NCBI GenBank assembly: GCA_043228905.1
Contig: JBHGNT010000001.1
Span: 22,382,001-22,446,000 of the forward strand
Reading direction: 5' to 3'
Source of the DNA: Azolla caroliniana
Taxonomy: Eukaryota; Plantae; Polypodiophyta
Length of the DNA stretch: 64,000 bases
A program made the translations under genes and the position numbers. Shown here one piece after another: positions 11,759 through 24,035 of the stretch. Each line of letters opens with the position of its first letter. Positions within the stretch are counted from its first letter, which is position 1. The notes beneath the pieces are model-generated. The model saw nothing but the letters and a program-made list of their open reading frames with translations. It was not told the DNA's origin and did no database searches.

Positions 11759-12014
11759 CGAGGCATGTAGCCTCTACGCACACAAAACATCCAAAAATAA
11801 GGGTTAATCGTAATACGCAATTGAGGTATTGACCTCATACGCATACAACACCAAACGCATATCATTTACAACGAAATCGAGGTATTGACCTCATACGCAT
11901 ACGTAACATATGTATGTGAGCGTAATACACAATTGAGGTATTAACCTCGTGCGCATACGACACTAATCACATATTCACTATATGTCAAATGAGGTATTGA
12001 CCTCATACACATAT
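11759..12014. repeat. 56-bp-period tandem repeat with hairpin core GAGGTATTGACCTC
   Basis: Cores start at 11823, 11879, 11935 and 11991; a diverged copy lies near 11760. Confidence 0.75.
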
Positions 12015-12246
12015 GTAAACGTTTTATACAACCAATTAATTACCACTTCAACATCATTGAATATATATATAAAAAATTACATATTAACCATACACATGAT
12101 TAAATTGGGAGAACAAAGAATAGAAAAAACAAGAAAGATTACCGAAGTTCCTTTGTTGATTGTTGTTTGGAACAAGGTCGACCGCACGTTGATCGATCGT
12201 CATCCATCAAGAAGACAAAACCAACAAAAGAAACATTAGAACATGA

Positions 12247-12721
12247 GCTCTGATACCAACTGTTGGAGACATGAACTAATGTAAGCATTAGATAAGGATA
12301 GAATATAGATAGATAGATAGAAAGGAGAGAGAGAAAGAAGGGTGGGTGCCGATCCACCCAACCAACCCCGAGCGAAGGGATCGAGACGGACTTGAGCCTT
12401 GATCGGTGTCCCATACCACCATTGTGGCGTCGAGTCATACTTGGTGCTGCCGCGCTCGCTACAAGAGTTCACCCACCACAAGACAAAGTTTCGACGTAGT
12501 CAACAAGATGATCAAATGAGGGTAGCTAGGCCTCTTATTTATAACAATACCCAAGGCCCCCAAGCAAGTTCACACTTGGCCTAATGGGTTGTCTCAATCC
12601 CGAGGATTAAAAGTAATCCTCCCCTTCTTTACACTCTCGTTTAACCCTCACACTTATCCACGTGTATAGAATACTACGGTAAATTCTCACTACGGGATAT
12701 TATATGGTCATGCCCGTAACA
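12247..12721 (-). mobile_element. 5' LTR (12261-12721) plus tRNA-Met PBS (12247-12258) of a Gypsy/chromovirus-type element
   Basis: GCTCTGATACCA followed by TGTTGG...CGTAACA. Shares GAGGGTAGCTAGGCCTC.TATTTATA with the chromovirus LTR starting at 37003. Confidence 0.75.
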
Positions 12722-13900
12722 CACACACACACACATTAGATATACGTATGCTTACACATACATTGGATATATGCATGCATATTATGTGATATTGCAAACA
12801 TACATCCATATATGAGCCATACACATACTAAACACGATAAATACACTAAAAATATACATACATGAATACATTACATATTACATGTATACACATATATGCA
12901 TTCGTACATGGACATACATATATTCATTCATACATTGCTACACGTATATAGGTACACATGACTACAATGATACTTGTATAAATGTTGCCAACTTACATCC
13001 ATACATGTACATACGTACATGCATGCATACATACAATACAATATGTACATACATACACACATACATACGTGCATATGTGTATATATGTATGTGGTGTGTG
13101 TTGTATGTGTGTATGTAGATATTGTATTGTATGCATGAATAGACACACATAACACATATACACATACACACGTGCCATACATACAATACATACATATGGA
13201 CATGTAAAGAATATATATACACACACATGCCATACATACTATACAATAATGCAATTAATACAAAATGATAGAATACAATAAAATGCAATACAACATGTAC
13301 ATACATGCATATACACACAACACACACATATATATGCATAGTCACATGCCATACATACAACACATGCACACATGCCATACATACAATGCATATATACAAT
13401 AATGCAATTAAAACAAAACGATACAATACAATACAATGCAATACAACATGTACATACATACATATACGCATCAATACATACATAAACATGCATATACGCA
13501 TCAATACATACACACAACACATACATATATATGCATGCAATACAATACAAATGCACATATATAGAACATACACATACATGCTATACATATAATACATACA
13601 ATACATACTTAAGCACAAGTATAAAACATATACATACATACACACATGCAATACAATGCACGTACAAAGAATATACAATACATATGCAATACATATGCAC
13701 ATACATAGAATATACACATAAGCACATACCACATACCCTACATACTCACATGCCATACACACAATACATACAATATAATATGTAATTCACTCACATACAA
13801 TACAATATTGTATATACAATAAAATTATACAATATGTACCTGCATACATACTCACAACACATACATATATACACATGCACATATATACAACATACACACA
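12722..13900. repeat. Low-complexity (CA/TA/TACA)n simple-sequence tract
   Basis: About 1.2 kb of mixed CATA/TACA/CAATA repeats; the ORFs here are compositional artefacts. Confidence 0.9.
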
Positions 13901-14097
13901 CTATTTTTAAAACACTAATTGTTTGAATAAATGGGGGAAGAAATGGGGGGGAGATTAGATAGATATGTATTGTTAGCAAAAAGTGGGGGGGAAAAGAAGA
14001 AAGGAGGAGAGAGATAGATTCATCTTTGTTAACTGCTTGTCTTCCTTTTTTCTCACAGGAGGAACGAGATAGAGAGAGACAAGGTTTACTTGTATCT

Positions 14098-14232
14098 ATG
14101 GTCGTCTTCACCTTCATCGGCAGAAGCAGCGGTGGCTCTTGGAGTGCTAAGCAACACCTTGCTTCTGAGGATGGAGGTTGCCTTGAGGGATGTGCTGATT
14201 CTTCCTTTAATCTTTAGCACTTGCTTATGAAG

Positions 14233-14240
<8 letters not shown>
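14098..14240 (+). pseudogene. RPP3: 60S acidic ribosomal protein P3 pseudogene, 5' part
   Basis: MVVFTFIGRSSGGSWSAKQH...LEGCADSSFNL*HLLMKLS aligns with the plant P3 N-terminus as recalled (MGVFTFVCKSSGGEWTAKQH..LEGSASSTYDLQRKLV). Premature TAG at 14215 falls at the Gln position. Confidence 0.75.
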
Positions 14241-14300
<60 letters not shown>

Positions 14301-15220
14301 GTAAAAGCATGCGAGTGGAAACACTATTATAGCTAATTAGCTACTAAAATGGCCACATCTAATTAGTTATTTGTTTAGCTAGTTTTTTGTGGGCAAATCA
14401 TAAGGATGGTTTACGAAATTTTAAGTTTTATTAGTTAAATACATGTCATTTAATTTATGAGAATACTCAAATATTTGAACTTTAGTTTCTGACGTAGTGG
14501 AACTTGGGGAATAGCGCCATCATCTAAGGTCGACTTGAATGTCATCAAATTCCTGATAATCCTAAGTTCGAGTTCGAACTCCAAACAGATGGAGTACTCT
14601 GAGCACGAGTGGAGACGAAGCTCTGGCAACAGCACAAAAACTCTGAGATCGACATTGCACCTTCAGAGCTACAACACACGATTAGGTCGATCCTCGTCCA
14701 GGTATGTATCAATTACATATTAAAAAAACTTTTGTTTTCCCTTTCTGATAACTGTGTGTAACTTTGGTGCTTGTTCATCTTTCCTAAAAATCGAATAGGG
14801 CGAAGTCGTTGGAGTCCCAAACAAGGATGTCTCGAAGATCGGGGTGTAGCAACATGTGTGTTTCTAATTGATAGAATTTCGTATTACGGTTGATTTCTAC
14901 CTTTAGTGATGATTAGGGTTTGTGTTTTCCTTAAGTGGTTTAGGGTTTCTGATTACAAATTTCTAATTACAAGTTTCTGGTTACAATTTTCTAATTACAA
15001 ATTTCAGATTATTGTCATAATGTGTTGTAATTTTGCACCAATTCTCATGATAAATTCTGATTAGGGTTTCTCATTTTTTAAGTGGTTAATTTCTAATACA
15101 TGTTGAAAAGGACAAATTACAAATTTCAGATTACTGTCTCAATGTGTTGTAATTTTACACCAAATTCACATTAAAAATTCTGTTTTTCCACCAATTCTGA
15201 TTACTGATTTTCTATTTCAG

Positions 15221-16801
15221 GTGGTTCGTTCCTCCCTATTCTAGAGTGCTGAACTTCGCAAAATTTTGGGAGACAAAGGAGGACTTTCACAACATATATG
15301 GTGTGCCGCTCGAGGGTATTGACCCTGCTGTTCTAACAGATAGATTGATTAGTGATGTAGACTGGATGTAAGTATATGAAGTGCCTAGAGCGAAAGGCAA
15401 GGTCAAGCTCAAGCATGTACGACCAAACTTGTGCGACGACTGCATGAGACTGCACCAGAAAGTACATCAAGAAATCCCAGTCAACAACGAGTTGTCCGTT
15501 TCATTTGCCCAAGCTTTTGTATACGATTATTGCAAAACAATGAAGGAATCTCATGACCCTGAAATGTACAAGGTAGCTTGGGAAATTTATGGTGAGGCAT
15601 CGGTAGTAGCTAATTAGCTATTGTACTAAACTATGATAGTAGCTAATTAGCTACCACTTAGCTAGTTAGCTACTGAGCTAAAGTATGGTAGTAGCTAATT
15701 AGCTAAGTGGTAGCTAATTAACTATTACCATAGTTTAGTACAATAGCTAATTAGCTAAGTGGTAGCTAATTAACTATTACCATAGTTTAGTACAATAGCT
15801 AATTAGCTAAGTGGTAGCTAATTAGCTACTACCATAGTTTAGTTGAGTAACTAATTAGCTAAGTGGTAGCTAATTAGCTACTACCATACTTTAGCTGAGC
15901 TAATTAGCTAAGTGGTAGCCAATTAGCTACTACCATAGTTTAATACAATAGCTAATTAGCTAAGTGGTAGCTAATTAGCTACTACCATACTTTAGCTGAG
16001 TAGCGAATTAGCTAAGTGGTAGCTAATTAGCTACTACCATAGTTTAGTAGAGTAGCTAATTAGCTAAGTGGTATAGTAGCTAATTAGCTAGTACCATACT
16101 TTTGTTGAGTAGCTAATTAGCTACTACCATACTTTAGTAGAGTAGCTAATTAGTTGCTACCATATTGACAAAGAGTAGCTATTTAGCTAAGTGGTAGCTA
16201 ATTAGCTAGTACCATACCTAAGCGAAGTAGCTAGTTAGCTCAGTGGTAGCTAATTAGCTACTGTCATAGTCTAGAAGAATAGCTAGTTAGCTAAGATGTA
16301 GCCAAGTAGCTAATTAGCTACCATGTTGTTGTAGAATCTTGTGGATTAAGGAGGGTGCATGAGGTGTCCGGTGTTGATGACGCTGCAACTGATGAGGAGA
16401 TAGTTGCCAACGTGGCTAAAAGTAAGAGTCCTGCTATCACATCTCCTTCAGATCAGCTCCAGCCTATTCTTTTGGAAGATTGTACTGAATTAGGCAATGA
16501 TGTGAAAAGCCATGAAATATTGGAAACAACAGTGTTTTTGAACACTTGATGCAACTTTTCTTCGACCCCACTGAACCCAACTACTGATAATGTCCAAACA
16601 GATCCCACTGTACTGGAAAAGCTAGCGCAAGACACGGCTGACGTGCAAGCCGTTGTTGAGGTGATGGAAAGGTTGTCAGAGGAGAACACACTTGCACAAT
16701 GGGTGAAAGAAGCAAGGGTAAATGGGCAGCCGGCTAGAAAAAGGCTGAAGAAGGGGCCACGATCGGGGACAAGACTAGTTACTAGGTCAAGGGGGTCTTG
16801 A
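15221..16801 (+). pseudogene. Spliced accessory gene of the Sola2-like element, unknown function
   Basis: Acceptor TTTCAG at 15220; exon WFVPPYSRVLNFAKFWET...HQKVHQEIPVNNELSVSFAQAFVYD. A GTGAGG...TTGTAG intron (15592-16334) joins in frame to ESCGLRRVHEV...RKRLKKGPRSG. In-frame stops present. Confidence 0.55.
15603..16322. repeat. Array of the palindromic motif TAGCTAATTAGCTA (intronic)
   Basis: Dozens of exact or near copies of the 14-bp palindrome with short spacers. Confidence 0.9.
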
Positions 16802-17461
16802 ATTGGTGCGAAATACTTATTAGTGGGATATGATTGTTAGCAATTTTCCTAGGCTTTTATGAAGTTTTACTATGATCTATTTGGACAAGTAAAACCTCAG
16901 ATTGGTTGTTGCTTGATCCACATTATGTAATGGAACTCTATGATGTTTCTCCAAGATAATTATGTTCATGTTGTTCTATGATGGAAAATATTTCATGCTC
17001 ATTATGTTGTTTTGTGAGACTATTAGTTACTTTGTAAGTGTGAATATGTTGGTGTTTTCTGATGTTGTAGAGTCTAAAGTGTTTGAATCGATTGCTCCTA
17101 AGGCCGATGGCAGTGTGGAAACTGTTGATGTTGTTGCGTGTTTAGAGGGCCACATCTTGAAAGTAGATGTAGCAACTAACACAAATGATCTAGTCATGCA
17201 AGTTGATCAAGCATGTTGCATAGATGATCTGATTTTGCAGGTAGATGCAACATATGATACCAGTGGGCTGATATCGACCAGATCAGTATCTACATGCACC
17301 GAGCTAATGCAAGGACTAATGACTAAGTCGACAATACAAGAGCACCAGAATGTGAAGCCAGACCGCACACAGTCAACGGTTTGAAGAGGAAAAGGACACC
17401 AATTGTCTCGACAGAACTTGAGTTGATTGAAATTGATCGTGTGCTACCAGTAATTGGTGTA

Positions 17462-18043
17462 ACAGAGGCTCAGTTATAGGAATGGAAACCTAAACCATTA
17501 GAAGTCGAAAGAAGATCCTTGATCTTGGAGCTTCATAAAGTATTGATGAGTGTGCGGTATATGACACCAAGGAGGGACGCAAATCAATTTCTAGAGTGGG
17601 TTGTGCAATACTTTGATTTGTTTATTTGGAGTGAAAAACCACATACAAATGTGTGGAAGTGTGTAGAAAGATTCTTCCCGAAGTGGTGACAACATTTCAA
17701 GGGTCAGTGGACACGAGAGAAATGTGAGCAAAAGGATGATGCAAGATTCAAAAGACTTTCTGATTTTTGGGCTACTTGGCCAGATTATAATTCCGACAAT
17801 ACATTGATTCTAGATACAGAACATTTCCGACATTATTTCAACATTCGTAGATGTTGTCTCATTCTACCCGAGGAAATGCCTGAACACTACTTGGTGAAAA
17901 CATTGAGCTGCCAAGTAACAACATGGTTGTGGACTCCATACCAACCTCGGTATGTAGATCATGTATGTAGAGAAGTTCCACTAACCAGCAAGAGCTTAGC
18001 TGTTTATAGGCGATTTGTAGACATTACCAATGGGACATTATAA
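17462..18043 (+). pseudogene. FCP1/NIF-like (HAD CTD-phosphatase fold) domain carried by the Sola2-like element
   Basis: One frame reads RRSLILELHKVLM...PRRDANQFLEWVVQYFDLFIWS...WTREKC...FKRLSDFW...YNSDNTLILDTEHFRHYFN. Stops at 17477 and 17687; the DxDx(T) motif is degenerate. Confidence 0.55.
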
Positions 18044-18449
18044 ATATGTAATTTGATGACAGATTAATCAATGAAGAATTAAATTGCTTGTTTTGAGTAA
18101 CTTATCTACTGTGTACTTTTAAGAAGATGTTCAGGATTGTTGATTTCATGATAGTGCTTTTTCTTAAAATTATGCAAACTATTTTAACTTGTACATGGTT
18201 CACTTGAGTAAATCTGTATATCAAAAGAAGAACCCTAAACGATATTATTAAACTGGTTGTTAAGAAAGAAGAACAGGAAGAAGACTGTATATAAAAAAGA
18301 CACACAATTTTATTGAGAAAGAAGCATATAAAGTAGACTGTATATAAAAAACAACTCCCAAACGAATTTATTTAACTATTTATTTGCAATACATGTGCTT
18401 TGTTTGTTTTACAAGAAAACTGGTAATTGTTACTTGTAGCTACAAATTC

Positions 18450-21400
18450 CTAGCATACTGTTGTAAATACATTCATACACATTAGCACTAATTGTGTATA
18501 AACCTGAACAACTATTGTAATGCGACATTGGGACGTTGATGCACTTGACCAAATGAGAGTACATGTACGCCACTGGTTTGTCTTCTCATAGCCAATGCAC
18601 ATAATTGTAATCATCTAGTCTTGCATAAAAAATAGCTTTGATGTAGCATGTCCCGGTAAATACATCATTTCCCCAAGCATCTACAATATTCTGCGTTGCA
18701 CACTGTTTACTAACCGTGCACTTCAATATATAGAAATCAACACCCTCTGAATTGCCTTCTTCTACATTTACAACGAAATTATCCCCAACATTTAATACAT
18801 CACTCAGAGTATCTCCACGTCCTTGATATGTGAAGTCAGCATTGTTTTATGTTTCTCCATCAATTGTTTCCTTATCGTTCAATGTATGATACTCCCAATT
18901 CTGAATATATGCTTTGTTTAAACAATACCTCCAATTTCCCTGCTCACAATGGAAGCAAGAACAAGTTAATTCTCTAACCGGAATACAATGACCATCCAAC
19001 CTAGAATAACCGTGAATAGCATGGAGAGATCGCAATTTAGGAATTCCTTGGCACTCAGAGGTCTTCTCCCTATTTACTTCATCTATCTTCACTTCCCAAA
19101 ATTCATGTTTGATATCTCGGACCTGCGAGGAATAAACACCAGTTGCACTCGTTGACATATTGGCTCTTACAAATTGAACTACATGTGCTACACAATTCAT
19201 CTGCACACCATCTACCTTTAGTTGTTCATGGGTAAGTGCCTGCTTTATAACAGCACCTACACCATCATGTTCACCTTTACCATGGCCACACCCAAAAAAA
19301 TTCCATCTCATCTCCAAACCTGTTATAGCAAGATACCTCCCCACAAAATAAAATGGACATCTAGCCTTGAATTGTGACGCCACTCCGTCAAACCAAACCC
19401 AATGTTGAGTAAGCTCCAAACATTTAGCTAATAACCAATGCAAATGTAAGTTAAAACAATGTTGGATGAACAAGGTATCATGCTTCTTATCAACAGAAAT
19501 AAAAAAATGAATTACTTTTTTAACATCACCGGAAACTCGAAAATATGTTATGTGCACAACAATAGTTACCTGCACTGAATACCAATGCATAGATTGAATT
19601 TCATTCTGCTACTTGGAAGTATAATTCTCTACGAAATCTACTACTGAGACTACTACATCATTTGGAAAATCAGATATGCAATTCTAAAACTGATGGGCTT
19701 GCCATGAATAAATGAAGTTATGTTTAATGAACTTTCCTAGAGATACTGCAAATAGAGATGCCAAATCCCTCGGTTTAAGTGACTTCCTAACTAGATCCTT
19801 TCTTTTACACACATTTCCTTCGAAATTGGTGTCAACTGACTCAAATAACTTGACATAAATTAATATTTCACGACTCAATTCATTTAGACACCACCTAAAT
19901 CTACTAGGGCCACAATCTTGACATAAACCCATGACACATTTATGACTATGGAAGATAGCCTCAGTTTCTCTCAAACACAATACTGAATCTAAAAGACAAC
20001 TCATGGAAGAGATAACATGCTCAGATGATTTACAATGCTCTTGTGGGTTCGATCGACAAATTGGGCACTCACAAGTGCAAACTACATTAGTTAGGGAGGC
20101 GCTATGGTTACATAGTAGATTAATAGAGTCCTTGAGAAAACCCATTTGTACATGGTAAATGCAACAACATGTGTATTGATCCTTCAAGCGTCTCACATAG
20201 TGTGGCTTAAGAGACTCGAATGTTCGTAGTTGAACTTTGATATTTGGATGCATTCAGGCCTAATAAATAAATCGACCTGCGTAATAAAATGGACATACTG
20301 ATTAGCTGATTAACTATGCTCCAAACCTGTTATAACAACTAATAAGCTATTCCGGTAGCTAAATAGGTATGATTGGTAGCTAATTAGCTATTCTGGTAGC
20401 TAATTAACTATCCTAGTAGCTAATTAGCTATTGGGAATAACTAGTTAGCTAAGTGGTAGCTAATAGTCATAGGCAACTAATTAGCTATTATTGGTAGCTA
20501 ATAAGCTATTCTAGTAGCTAATTAGCTATTATGGTAATAACTAAATTAGTTATTGGGAATAGCTAGCTAGCTATAGTCATAGGCAACCAATTAGCTAATC
20601 TGGTAGCTAAATAGCTATGATTGGTAGCTAATTAGCTATTCTGGTTTCTAAGTAGCTATCTTGGGAGTTGTAATAACTAAATTAGCTAGTAATAACTAAT
20701 TAGCTATTCGGAATAGCTAGTTAGCTATTCTAGTAGCTAATTAGTTATAATCATAGGCAACTAATTAACTATTCTAGTAGCTAAATAGTTATGATTGGTA
20801 GCTAATTAGCTATCCTAGTAGCTAATTAGTTATTGTGAATAGCTAGTTAGCTATCCTATCAGCTAATTAGCTATAGTTTTCATATGCAACGAATTAGCTA
20901 GTTAGCTATTATGGTAGCTAATTAGCTAGTCATGCACAACTAATTAGCTATTCTGATAGCTAAATAGCTATGCTCATATTCTTAGGTAGCTAATTTGCTA
21001 TGATTGGTAGCTAATTTGCTATTTTGGTAGCTGATTAGCTGGTAATAACTAAATTAGCTATTAGGAATAGCTTGTTAGCTATTCTGGTAGCTAAATAACT
21101 ATGCTCATATTCTTATGTAGCTAATTAGCTATTCTGGTAGGGGATTAGCTATTTTGGTAGCTAATTAGTTATAGCCATAAGCAGCTAATTAGTTATATTC
21201 ATAAGTAACTAATTAGCTATACTCATAAGCAGCTAATTAGATATACTCATAAGCAACTAATTAGCTAGTATGGTAGCTAATTAGCTATTGTCATAGGAAG
21301 TTAATTAGTTATTGTGGTAGCTAAATAGCTATGATTGGTAGCTAATTAGCTATTTTGGTAGCTAAATAACTATGTTTGATATTCTTAGGTAGCTAATTAA

Positions 21401-22496
21401 TTATTCTGGTAGTGAATTAGCTAGTAATAGCTAAATTAGCTATTGGCAATCGCTATTAAGCTATTACTAGTAGCTAGTTAGCTATGGTCATATTCTGAAG
21501 TAGCTAATAAGCTATTCTGGTACCTAGTTAGCTATGGTCATATTCTGAGGTAGCTAATTAGCTATTATGGTAGCTAATTAGCTATTACTGGTAGTGAGTT
21601 AGCTATGGTCATATTTTGAGGTAGGTAATTAGCTATTCTGGTATGGTCATATTCGGAGGTAGCTAATAATCTAACTAACTCAACTCCAAAGTCAAAACAA
21701 ATGTTAAGATAAATGTAAATACCAGAGGTACATCAAGAAGATGAATGGGATGCTCCTCGTATTGACTCCTTCCAACATGTTTCTTGCATAAATCCTTCTT
21801 ATTGGGTGAAACCCTACTCTCATTAGTCCAAAATATTGTGATTGTATCCTTGATTTCTAATGTTATGGGTGTCATTGGCTTACATCTTGTTGTCAACTTT
21901 AGCAAACTAGTTCCTTCACCTGAGGAAACTATCTGGTTCAATATATTGTACACACTTTTTCTACTGACACCAATTACCTTAGATAGCACGTTGATGTTAA
22001 TATCGTCAACATCACTATTAAGTAACATCATTAGACTAGACCTTTTTAAGACAAGATCATCTTCTGACCTACTCATGGATACGAAACTATTACGAAGATT
22101 ATTTACTAGTACAGACGTTATGTTTGCATTACGGCCATCACAATCAACTAACTCCTTTATCGATGGATCATTTAATATTCCATAAAGTACTACCTTCTTG
22201 TCTTCATTGCTGATGTGCTTGGTTTGAACATTGAAATAGTCTACAACCTTTCTCTCTATGATAGTAGTCTCATTACTTCCATTCTCGGTGATATTTAGAT
22301 CTATATCTCAACCAATATTATCTTTACCTTTAGTGAGTGTGGCTTTCATATCCTTCAACAATTGACGATGTTTTCTTTTGTTTTCTGTCCAATACTTTCG
22401 TATCGTTTGTTGTGTCCTCAGAGCGTCATCCCTATCCTGATGATCATTGAGGGGTAATTCTAAACAAAATCCTTCCCCTTCCATTTGGTTTGACAT
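18450..22496 (-). pseudogene. Sola2-type transposase (disrupted), intron 20277-21722
   Basis: Cys-rich LKPHYVRRLKDQYTCCCIYH and CVMGLCQDCG; VVDFVENY...EIQSMHW...QVT; ISVDKKHD; WFDGVASQFK; FFGCGHGKGEHDGVGAVIK. GT..AG intron boundaries visible; 3' end approximate. Confidence 0.8.
20295..21675. repeat. Second, more degenerate TAGCTAATTAGCTA array filling the transposase intron
   Basis: About 1.4 kb of TAGCTAATTAGCTA variants. Confidence 0.9.
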
Positions 22497-22629
22497 ATTT
22501 AAACCCTAAATTTCCCGAAAAAAGACACTGTCGTATTTAAGATGGCCATGGGCAACAACAATACACAAAAATATTCCGCAATACACAAGATTATACACAA
22601 CAATACACAAGATAATCAATAGACAGAAT

Positions 22630-23660
22630 AGTTATTGCAATCCAGGACTAAACAATGGCGGTAATCCAGGGCCGAATAGTGGCAACAACAGAGTGTAGAA
22701 TGGTGGTAGTGGAGGAGTGAACTCCGTTTGATCGAACAATTTTGGCAATCCAGGACTGAACAATGGTGGCAACTGAGTGTAGAATGATGGCAATGGAGTC
22801 AATTCCGTCGGATCGAACAGTCGCAGATGATGCTTGGAATGCATAGTGATGAAAACTGAGAGTAGAACCGAAGTAGTGGAGAAGGAGTGAACTCTCTCGA
22901 ATTTAAAAGTGGCAGCAATACACGACCGAACAGTAGCGGCAACTGAGTGTAGAATGATGGCAATGGATGAGTGAACTCTGTCAAATCGAAAAGTGGCAGT
23001 AATCCAAGACCAAACAGTAGCGGCAACTGAGTGTAGAATGATGGCAATGGAGGAGTGGACTCCGTCAGATTGAACAGTGGCAGATGATGCTTTGAACGCA
23101 CGGTGATGGCAACTAAGAGTAGAATGGTGGCAGTGGAGAAGGAGTGAACTCCCTCGGATCAAAGAGTGGCAACAATACACGACTGAACAATAGTGGCAAC
23201 TGAGTGTAGAATGATGGCAATGGATGAGTGAACTCCGTCAAACTGAAAAGTGGCAACAATCCAGGCCCGAACAGTAGCGGCTACTGAGTGTAGAATGATG
23301 GCAATGGAGTAGTGAACTCTGTCAGATCGAACAATGGCAGATGATGCTTGGAACGCACAGTGACAGCAACTGAGAGTAGAATGGCGGCAATGGAGAAGGA
23401 GTTAACCCCGTCAGATCGAAAACTGGCAGCAATATACGACCTTGATAATAGCGACAACTGAGTGTAGAGTGGCGGCAATGGAGGAGTGAACTGGCAAATG
23501 GTGCTTGGACTGAATAGTGGCGGCAACTGAGTATAGAATGGTGGCAATAGAGGAGTGAACTCCATCGGATCGAACAGTGGCAGATGATACTTGAACCACA
23601 CAATGGTGGTAACTGAGTGTAGAATGGCGGCAATGGAGGAGTGGACTCAATAGGGTTTAA
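22630..23660. repeat. ~85-bp tandem repeat (~12 units) with 3-unit higher-order period (~256 bp)
   Basis: ACTGAGTGTAGAATG-type cores at 22688, 22772, 22855, 22942, 23026, 23112, 23199, 23283, 23369, 23457, 23526 and 23612. Confidence 0.85.
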
Positions 23661-23994
23661 CAATAGTGGTAGTAATCTAAGCCAGAATACTCAACCAGAG
23701 ATGGCCCACGTGATGTGGCAAAGGATCATGCATAATGGACCTAGGAATTCGGTATATAATTTATGGTGTACATTTATGGTGCATATATCAATTTATGTTG
23801 GACGTTTATGTTGCACATTTATGGTGCTCATTTATATCATTAAACCTCTCTACTATTTTCAATGGTAGCTTTTTGCATAGCTAATTTATCAATGGTGGCT
23901 TTTTGCAAAAATGACTATATATCAATAGTAGCTTTTTGCATAGCTAATTAGCTATGTCAAGGACATAGCTAATTGTTTCCACTCGCATGCTTTC

Positions 23995-24031
<37 letters not shown>

Positions 24032-24035
<4 letters not shown>

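Larger units (their letters stand above)
14299..23998 (-). mobile_element. 9.7-kb Sola2-like DNA transposon with ~25-bp TIRs, inserted in (CT)n
   Basis: Left GGGTAAAAGCATGCGAGTGGAAACA (14299-14323); right TGTTTCCACTCGCATGCTTTCACCT (23974-23998). (CT)n on both flanks; internal DDD-type transposase. Confidence 0.85.

Noticed and set aside
11823-12014. CRISPR-like array (24-bp hairpin repeat with 32-bp spacers)
   Set aside because: The spacers resemble each other alternately, there are no cas genes, and the context is eukaryotic TE sequence. It is a diverged tandem repeat.
12882-13785. Cys/Tyr/His-rich ORFs up to 266 aa
   Set aside because: Translation artefacts of the CA/TA low-complexity tract.
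22630-23660. CRISPR array or protein-coding repeat ORFs on the minus strand
   Set aside because: Whole units are homologous with no unique spacers, and frames shift between units.
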